Below are positions 57,356-64,000 of a DNA stretch of 64,000 nucleotides, in pieces (position 1 is the first letter of the stretch; every line of letters starts with the position of its first letter). The stretch spans positions 124,001-188,000 of the forward strand of contig DATMBG010000021.1 in assembly GCA_035559535.1 (NCBI GenBank). The letters run 5' to 3'. This stretch comes from Candidatus Limnocylindrales bacterium. Its GTDB lineage: Bacteria > Moduliflexota > Moduliflexia > Moduliflexales > JAUQPW01. The position numbers were made by a program, and so were the translations under genes. The notes below the pieces were generated by a model, which was given only the letters and a program-made list of their open reading frames with translations, was not told where the DNA came from and did not search any database.

Positions 57356-60300
57356 ATGATGGGATTTTTTAAGGCGAATAATTCAGAGAAAAAAGCCGAG
57401 AAATTTATGTTAAAGGGCCAGGACTTATTTAGACGGGGTAAGGAGGAAGAAGCAATCCGAAAATTTGAGCAGGCCGCACTGTTATTGCCCACTTCTCCCA
57501 AACCAAGTTTGTGCCTTGGAAAAGCCCATGCAAAAAGGGGAAATTTCGATCTGGCTCTAAAGCATTATTATAAGGCCCTGTACTTCTGCGATCTTCTGGA
57601 AGAGCCTCACATCCTGTATGAAATCGCACGCATTTATATTCAAATGGGTAAATTTGATCTGGCCGAGGAAAAGTTATTGAAAATCCTGGATCTGAATAGC
57701 AATTTCGAACCGGCCTGGAGTGGACTCGGTTATGTTTACCAAATCACAGGTCGTCTTTCCAAGGCCATCGAAGCCCAGACTAAGGCTCTAGAATTAAGAA
57801 ATCAAGACCTTTCCAATCTCACAGATCTGGCGCAATCTTATGCCCTTCTGGGGGAAAATCAAAAGGCTTCCGAGTTGTTGAGAACCGCCCTACCCCTTGC
57901 AAAAAAATCGGGAAATGCTTACTGGATCGAGAAAATTTCCTTGGGGTTAAAGGAGATGGAATTTCGGGATGGAACCGAGTTAGGGATTAAAGATCGACTG
58001 TATATCGATCAAGAAATCCTCTGTCTGGGGGGAGATCGGGATGATGGGATTCAAATCCCGATTTATCATAACTATGAACTTCAATATACGGACTTTGCCC
58101 GATTCGTCCAGCGATTTCTGGCCTTTAAAAGGGTCTTCAAATGGAACATTACCTGTACCGCCTTTCAAGATAAAGAGTCTTTACCCCTGGCTACTGCCCT
58201 GGCCTGCTTAATGGAGATTCCGGTTAAAAGTGTCTCCAAGGTACAAAGTTCGGATCGGGTTTTGCTGTGCTATACCCTCTTAAAAGAATTGGATTCCCTG
58301 GCCACGACCCTCTCAAAATTAGGTAAAAAATCCAAAAGTATTATCTCCTTTGCCGCAGCCGTTGTCTTTCCGGTGATCCCAGAAAGACCTCTACCGGATA
58401 TTATCGGTATTCCGGTCAGTGGTGAAGTTTCTTTACCCTGGACGGATCGCCTTCTGAACGGAGAGACAACCACTTCTTCATCGCCGATTCGAGAAAATCG
58501 TTTTTTCCGCCCGCGCCACGCTTCCCCGGCGACCCAGGAAACCGGCTCTTCAAGTCCCCAAACCGATATCTCTCAAAATATCCTGACCGCTTTATATAAT
58601 ATTTTGGAGGATCGAAATTTAGAGGCCCAGATTTCCTACTATTTTTTGAATCATCCCCAGATTCGGGACCATTTAAAAACCCCTTCCCTTCATCGAAGTC
58701 CCTCGGAGATAACCAAAGCCTTAACCCGGGAAATGAATGAGGAAACTATCATTGAGAATCTCTCGTCCCACAATAAAGGGAGGATTCTATCGGTTGTTGG
58801 ATGTATGACCGAGCAACATCTCCAATCTCCCAAAGTGATTGAATCCTTAAAGAAGGCTTACCTCGAAAATCAGGACCCCATGGTTCGAAATTTTCTGGGC
58901 AAATTGTTGATGAATGTCCGGGACGATGAGGGATTAGATTACCTGATTAAGATTTTTCTAAATTCTCGGGCCGAAGTCCTTAAAGGGGAAACCCAGCAGG
59001 TTCAGAATTCTGCACTTTCTCTAAGAAGAGCGGCCATTCAGGACATCATTACCAGTAACCACCGAAGAGTGGCCGATGTTATTTATCGGGCTTTGAAGGA
59101 TCCAGATGAAGAAATCCGCTATGCGGCTACCCAGGGACTGGATAAGTTAGAGCCTGCACCTAAAACTACCCAACTGGTTCTCCAACTCTTAAAGGATAGT
59201 CCCCGAATTTGTTGTGCCGCTTTGCAGTACCTGAGTAAAAATGAACGGGAAACTTTACTGGATCACCTTCCTACCCTTTTGCGGCATGAGCAGCCGGTGG
59301 TTGTCTATGAAACTTTGAAGGTCATTAAAGATCTGGGGGCTGAGGTAACCAACCGGTTGTCCTTACTTCCCCATGTGGTCAGACTCCTTTCCCATTCCGA
59401 TCTGAACCTCATCCGGGAAGCGGTAGGGGTCCTCGGAGCCATAGGAGATGTAGATTCCGGAAGGTACCTGTTTCCTCTTCTGGAACATGAAAATCCTGAA
59501 GTAAAAAAAGCGGTTATTAACAGTCTGGTAAAAATAAACGGAACGGGAGCAACCCTCTTTCTGTTAGAATGGCTCAAGAAGGAAATCCCGGAAATAAAAG
59601 GTAAAATCATCGAATTATTGGGAGAGGCCGGCTCCGAGGAAGTTACCCAATCGGTTATTGAATGTGTAGAGGAAGATCCCGAAAATTTGGAGCTTCGGAT
59701 CGCAGCCATCCGGTATCTTAAAAAGTTCAAGGATCGTAAATCTCTCCCCTTCATTCGGAAAATGTTGAAGAGGGAGAAGGATGAAGATGCCCTGGTTGAC
59801 ATGATCCAAATCCTGGATGAAATTGGAGAAGAAGAAGATATAGAACTTCTTACTTCTCTGCTGGCTTCCTCTCCCAGGGTTCAGTTTAAGGCCGCAGGAG
59901 TCCTCTACAAGAAAGGAAGAGAAAAATATTTTGAGATCCTGGAAGATGGGATTCGATCTAAAAAGCTCTCCATGAATCTGGAAGCGGTAAAAATCCTGGG
60001 GGAGATCGGAGACAGTCGGAGCCTAGAAAAGCTTTTTGAAGCTTTTAAGAAACGGGATATTCAATTGGATGAACGGATTGTGGAGATCCTTTATAAGCAT
60101 AAAGATCAGACCACGCTATTACCCCTTGTTCAAGAATCTACAGAAACAGACCAGGAACCCCAGAAAGTGGATATCGAAGGAATCCTCCGGGTTGCCCAAG
60201 GCGGCACCCTACGAGAAACCTCTTATAAGGCCCTATTAATACTCGAGCAGTTTATTGGAAATAAAGTCATGAAGATCGTAAAAGATTTGCTAAAACCCGG

Positions 60301-60475
60301 GGTGGACTATAAACTTAAATGTAATGCGCTTCAGTTTTTAAGTAAGCATAAAGCAGAGCAGAATCGACGGCTTATAGAACAAATGCTGGAAGATGAAAAT
60401 ATCTACGTGGTTAATACAGCGCGGAAGTTGCTCATGCAGGGAAATTCGTCTGTTACCCGTTGTGTGGAAAGCTAA
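57356..60475 (+). CDS. TPR plus HEAT-repeat protein with a central degenerate PRTase-like domain
   Basis: N-terminal TPRs, central ESLPLATALACLMEIPV..RVLL, C-terminal HEAT/PBS repeats (ALKDPDEEIRYAA, LEHENPEVKKAV). Confidence 0.75.
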   Translation: MMGFFKANNSEKKAEKFMLKGQDLFRRGKEEEAIRKFEQAALLLPTSPKPSLCLGKAHAKRGNFDLALKHYYKALYFCDLLEEPHILYEIARIYIQMGKFDLAEEKLLKILDLNSNFEPAWSGLGYVYQITGRLSKAIEAQTKALELRNQDLSNLTDLAQSYALLGENQKASELLRTALPLAKKSGNAYWIEKISLGLKEMEFRDGTELGIKDRLYIDQEILCLGGDRDDGIQIPIYHNYELQYTDFARFVQRFLAFKRVFKWNITCTAFQDKESLPLATALACLMEIPVKSVSKVQSSDRVLLCYTLLKELDSLATTLSKLGKKSKSIISFAAAVVFPVIPERPLPDIIGIPVSGEVSLPWTDRLLNGETTTSSSPIRENRFFRPRHASPATQETGSSSPQTDISQNILTALYNILEDRNLEAQISYYFLNHPQIRDHLKTPSLHRSPSEITKALTREMNEETIIENLSSHNKGRILSVVGCMTEQHLQSPKVIESLKKAYLENQDPMVRNFLGKLLMNVRDDEGLDYLIKIFLNSRAEVLKGETQQVQNSALSLRRAAIQDIITSNHRRVADVIYRALKDPDEEIRYAATQGLDKLEPAPKTTQLVLQLLKDSPRICCAALQYLSKNERETLLDHLPTLLRHEQPVVVYETLKVIKDLGAEVTNRLSLLPHVVRLLSHSDLNLIREAVGVLGAIGDVDSGRYLFPLLEHENPEVKKAVINSLVKINGTGATLFLLEWLKKEIPEIKGKIIELLGEAGSEEVTQSVIECVEEDPENLELRIAAIRYLKKFKDRKSLPFIRKMLKREKDEDALVDMIQILDEIGEEEDIELLTSLLASSPRVQFKAAGVLYKKGREKYFEILEDGIRSKKLSMNLEAVKILGEIGDSRSLEKLFEAFKKRDIQLDERIVEILYKHKDQTTLLPLVQESTETDQEPQKVDIEGILRVAQGGTLRETSYKALLILEQFIGNKVMKIVKDLLKPGVDYKLKCNALQFLSKHKAEQNRRLIEQMLEDENIYVVNTARKLLMQGNSSVTRCVES

Positions 60476-60547
60476 CCCCCAAGCCCATGGTTTTGATTTT
60501 AAAGTAACCAACAAGGAACAACGGGCAGCAGACAACAGGTAAAACCG

Positions 60548-61264
60548 ATGTTACAGACTTTCCAAACCCTTGATATCGTCGAAATGATTCAGCAGGCGGG
60601 CATCGTAGCCAAGATGGTCCTGCTACTTCTGGTTCTCATCTCTATTTTTTCCTGGGCTATTATTCTTCTTAAATTCAAGATCCTGACCACATCCCAACGA
60701 GAATCCCGGAAGTTTTTATCTATTTATGAAGAAAATAAGGATTTTGCCGACCTTTACTCCAGTTGCAATATGTTACGGAAAGGCTCCCTGGTTAAGTTAT
60801 TTAAGGCAGCTTATCTGGAACTCCAGCAAATAAGAAAGGATATTCTCTCTAAGAAAATAGCCGGAGACCTTAACCTGAAGAGCGATGTGGCCGACTGGAT
60901 AGAAGATCTTAGCGATCTTCTTCAGCGGGTTCTGCTGACCGAAACGGCTTCTCTGGAAAGATATCTGGTATTTTTGGCTACCATAAGTACCTCCGCCCCT
61001 TTAATCGGATTGTTCGGTACGGTTTGGGGCGTTATGAATGCTTTCCGCAGCATTGGAGGTCAGGGATTTGCCAGCATTGGAGCGGTAGCCCCCGGTATTG
61101 CAGAGGCTCTGGTAACCACCGTTGCAGGACTGGCTACGGCCATTCCGGCTGCCATCTTTTACAATTATTTTATTAATAAAGTGCGACTTTATTCTCTGGA
61201 AATGGAGGCATTTTCCTCTGAGTTGACCAGCGTTATTAAGCGAGAACTGAAGGGAATGAAATAA
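60548..61264 (+). CDS. tolQ: TolQ (MotA/TolQ/ExbB family)
   Basis: APLIGLFGTVWGVM, VAPGIAEALVTT..AIPA; in a tol cluster. Confidence 0.9.
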   Translation: MLQTFQTLDIVEMIQQAGIVAKMVLLLLVLISIFSWAIILLKFKILTTSQRESRKFLSIYEENKDFADLYSSCNMLRKGSLVKLFKAAYLELQQIRKDILSKKIAGDLNLKSDVADWIEDLSDLLQRVLLTETASLERYLVFLATISTSAPLIGLFGTVWGVMNAFRSIGGQGFASIGAVAPGIAEALVTTVAGLATAIPAAIFYNYFINKVRLYSLEMEAFSSELTSVIKRELKGMK

Positions 61265-61268
61265 CCCT

Positions 61269-61700
61269 ATGCAAAGAAAAGAGCATCACACCCTGGCCGA
61301 AGTTAATATCATCCCTCTGGTCGATGTGGTTTTTGTTTTACTCATTATTTTTATGGTTACAGCCCCCATGATGCATCGGGGTATCGATGTGCAATTACCC
61401 CAGGCGGGGGTAGGGGCCATGGGGCCCGAGGAAAAACTGATTATCACCATCACCGGGGATCGGCAGGTTTATCTCAATGACCGCCCGGTTTCCCTAGAAG
61501 ATCTTCGCGATTTGCTTCAAAATCTAAACTTATCGAAACCCGAAGAGACTGTCTACATCCGTTCGGATCAGTCGGTGCCTTACGGTTTCGTCGTCAGTAC
61601 CATCGCGAAGATTAAGGAAGCGGGAATTCAAAAGATAGGCCTGGTAACCAGTCCGGTAACCTCGGAGAAGAAAACAGAAACCGTTAATAAAAAGCGATGA
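61269..61700 (+). CDS. tolR: TolR (ExbD/TolR family)
   Basis: EVNIIPLVDVVFVLLIIFMVTAP, DQSVPYG. Confidence 0.9.
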   Translation: MQRKEHHTLAEVNIIPLVDVVFVLLIIFMVTAPMMHRGIDVQLPQAGVGAMGPEEKLIITITGDRQVYLNDRPVSLEDLRDLLQNLNLSKPEETVYIRSDQSVPYGFVVSTIAKIKEAGIQKIGLVTSPVTSEKKTETVNKKR

Positions 61701-62941
61701 AGACTCAAGATAAGGGATATAAAGGCCCAGAGATACAAAAGCGCGGAGAGGACCCAGAGATCCGAAGACCCGGGGCCGAAGAAAAAATCTCCGGGTCCCC
61801 AAAGCTTGGAGTCTCCGTGTTACAGGATGTGGTATCTCCACATCCCCAGGCTCCCTCCTCTCAAATATGGAGCATGATCGGGGTCTCTCTTCTGCTTCAT
61901 ATCCTCTTTGTAGGGATTGTCCTCTTTGCTGCTACCTACCTCCTTAAACAGCAGGGAGTGATTTTCTCAGGGCAAGCCATCACAGTAGGGTTGGTTTCCG
62001 ATTCGGATCTGGGAGGTCTTCCTTTAGGAGAATCCCTGACAGGCTCTAAACCGGGCCCGGCTAAATCAAGTTTTGAAGATATTCCGAAACCTGAAGTCAA
62101 AAAGGCTTCCACAGAAACCCCGCAAATAGAGGTTAAAGAACCCATCACACCTCCTGTGGAAAAAAAAGATACACCTGAGAAAAAGGACGAAGTCCTTCCA
62201 ACCGGCAAGGAAGCAAAGGTAAAAAAGGATGATCCCAAAACCTCATTTCGAGAGGTCAAGGATATTCCAAAGGTAAAAGACGAACCATCGGCCATTGCCG
62301 AGAAGCAATTTTCTAAACCCCCCAAGAAAACGGAAAAGGCCCCGGCCAGGGTTACAAATCGTGAGGAACGGTCTGCGGTGAGCCCTGTGGAACCACGCTC
62401 GTTTTCCGTTGAGGAAATCAGGGAAAAGCGCTTAAAGCAAATGGCAGAAGTTCTCCCCGAGAAACGACCTCCGCCCATTCCTACCCGAGAGCCAACTCCG
62501 AATCCTCCAGAAGCTCTGCCTCCGACCTCTCAACCGGAAGATAACCCTTCCCTGCGGGGTCAGAGAGTGGAATCCTCAGATGGAAAGATGGGAGGAAGTT
62601 CGGGATCGGCCTCCCTGGAATTAGGAGGAGATTTCCAGCAGGGTTCTCGGGCCCTGGTGAGTTACATGGAATCGGTTACCAATATCATCAGCAATCGCTG
62701 GCTCCCTACCAGTGGAAAGGGTCGGGGAATTATTCAATTTACCATTTTTAAAAGCGGAGAGATCTCCGATCTTCATATTTTAAAATCCTCTGGAGACAAA
62801 AACCTGGACGAATCCATTTTAAGGGCGGTAGAAGACTCTAATCCTCTTCCCGAATTCCCACCGGAATTACAACAGGAATTGGATCGCCTGAATGATTCAT
62901 TCATACGAGTAAAATTTCATTTCGGACGCAGAGTGTCCTGA
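61697..62941 (+). CDS. tolA: TolA/TonB-family energy transducer
   Basis: TM with SLLLH, Lys/Glu/Pro-rich linker, C-terminal KSSGDKNLDESILRAV..PLP; between tolR and tolB. Confidence 0.8.
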   Translation: MKTQDKGYKGPEIQKRGEDPEIRRPGAEEKISGSPKLGVSVLQDVVSPHPQAPSSQIWSMIGVSLLLHILFVGIVLFAATYLLKQQGVIFSGQAITVGLVSDSDLGGLPLGESLTGSKPGPAKSSFEDIPKPEVKKASTETPQIEVKEPITPPVEKKDTPEKKDEVLPTGKEAKVKKDDPKTSFREVKDIPKVKDEPSAIAEKQFSKPPKKTEKAPARVTNREERSAVSPVEPRSFSVEEIREKRLKQMAEVLPEKRPPPIPTREPTPNPPEALPPTSQPEDNPSLRGQRVESSDGKMGGSSGSASLELGGDFQQGSRALVSYMESVTNIISNRWLPTSGKGRGIIQFTIFKSGEISDLHILKSSGDKNLDESILRAVEDSNPLPEFPPELQQELDRLNDSFIRVKFHFGRRVS

Positions 62942-62945
62942 GCCT

Positions 62946-63020
62946 GGAGGATAAGAATAGAAGATCGAGGATAGAAAGTCTGTTTCTTCCTCGATCTTCA
63001 ATTTTTAATCCTCAATCCTT
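62946..63020. repeat. Degenerate 7-mer tandem repeats in inverted arrangement
   Basis: (agaatag)(aagatcg)(aggatag) facing (tcctcga)(tcttcaa)(tttttaa)(tcctcaa); perfect 12-bp core gaagatcgagga / tcctcgatcttc. Confidence 0.6.
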
Positions 63021-63021
63021 C

Positions 63022-64000
63022 ATGCGTAACTGGAGTAAGTACAGTATTGTTTTTGGCCTCCTCTGCATAGGGGGAATCTTTGGATTTTCATCTCCAGTAC
63101 TCGCTCTGGAGTACGAGACTGGTTCCGATATCATAGGAACTAAAAAAATCAAGATCGCCATAGCCCCTATGATATCCTCCCCGAACTCCCAGGCTTCGGT
63201 AGAGGGGCTTTCAGAGGATTTAACGAAGATCCTACGAAACGATTTGGAGATATCCGGATTTTTTGATACGCTGAAAGATAAAACTTCCCTTATTGCCCAG
63301 TTAGATCAATCTGAAAGGGGAACAGAGAATATCAACTTTGATCAATGGCGATCTCAAACCGAAGCCCAGGCCCTGGTCAAGTGTATCCATACCCTTCAAC
63401 CGGGTAAACTTTCCCTGGAATGCCGGGTTTACGATACCCAGAAAGCCGCACAAATTTTAGGAAAGGCCTATGAGAGTGATCCTAAACAGACGCGTAAAGT
63501 CATCCATCGATTTGCCGATGAAATCATCTTAAAGTTCACAGGGGAACGCGGCGTCTCGGATACCAGTCTGGCTTTTGTTTCCACACGAAGTAAAAACCGG
63601 GAGATTTATCGGATCGATTTTGATGGAGAGAACCTCCAACGCCTGACCAACGATCGTTCCATTGTGCTTTCCCCTAGCTGGTCACCGGATGGACGTGAAA
63701 TTCTTTATACCAGTTATCGGAATAATAACCCGGATCTTTTCGTTATCAGTGCCAACGGCGGAGAGCCTAAACCCATATCGATACAACCAGGGCTTAATCT
63801 GGGTGGAAAATGGTCTCCCGACGGAAAACAAATTGCCTTAACCCTTTCAAAGGATGGAAATTCAGAGATTTATGTGATGGATTTGAGTACCCGTAATTAT
63901 CGGAGACTTACCAAAAATCGCTGGAACGATGTCTCACCGTGCTGGTCACCCGATGGAAAACAAATAGCCTTTACCAGCGATGAGTCTGGAACACCTCAAA
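63022..64000 (+). CDS. tolB: TolB beta-propeller protein (partial, runs off the window edge)
   Basis: Manual translation MRNWSKYSIVFGLL...ILRNDLEISGFF...HRFADEII...SPSWSPDG...WSPDGK (PD40 repeats). Confidence 0.92.
   Translation, partial: MRNWSKYSIVFGLLCIGGIFGFSSPVLALEYETGSDIIGTKKIKIAIAPMISSPNSQASVEGLSEDLTKILRNDLEISGFFDTLKDKTSLIAQLDQSERGTENINFDQWRSQTEAQALVKCIHTLQPGKLSLECRVYDTQKAAQILGKAYESDPKQTRKVIHRFADEIILKFTGERGVSDTSLAFVSTRSKNREIYRIDFDGENLQRLTNDRSIVLSPSWSPDGREILYTSYRNNNPDLFVISANGGEPKPISIQPGLNLGGKWSPDGKQIALTLSKDGNSEIYVMDLSTRNYRRLTKNRWNDVSPCWSPDGKQIAFTSDESGTPQ

Noticed and set aside
60548-62941. Calling the tolQ/tolR/tolA-like genes ExbB/ExbD/TonB
   Set aside because: They are directly followed by tolB, which matches the Tol-Pal operon order.

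Overview
Bacterial (diderm) chromosomal window. Positions ~1342-51291 hold one ~50 kb minus-strand surface-polysaccharide locus of about 40 co-oriented genes. In transcription order: outer-membrane beta-barrel, secreted FecR-domain protein with a Pro/Thr tail, UpxY-like NusG paralog, Wzm/Wzt ABC exporter, then many sugar-synthesis and decoration enzymes. These include four DegT-type aminotransferases, two Gfo/Idh/MocA oxidoreductases, two hexapeptide acyltransferases, two formyltransferases, three methyltransferase-like proteins, a sulfotransferase, a GNAT/Fem-like protein, a deacetylase, an AsnB-like amidotransferase and about nine GT2/GT4-type glycosyltransferases. The locus also has a Wzy-like membrane protein, an embedded Arn/Gtr-like lipid-carrier cassette, a WecA-like fusion, an O-antigen-ligase/TPR fusion, a short OPX (Wza) and a split Wzc with an extreme Tyr tail. 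A partial MsbA-like ABC transporter lies at the left edge. Housekeeping genes lie to the right: leuS-lptE-holA, rpsT, a TPR/degenerate-PRTase/HEAT protein and tolQ-tolR-tolA-tolB (partial). The larger intergenic gaps hold several families of palindromic REP/MITE-like elements, often nested, and there is a candidate sigma54 promoter with tandem enhancer-like boxes. I saw no transposase, tRNA, rRNA or CRISPR array. All calls come from reading motifs by eye; no database searches were run.
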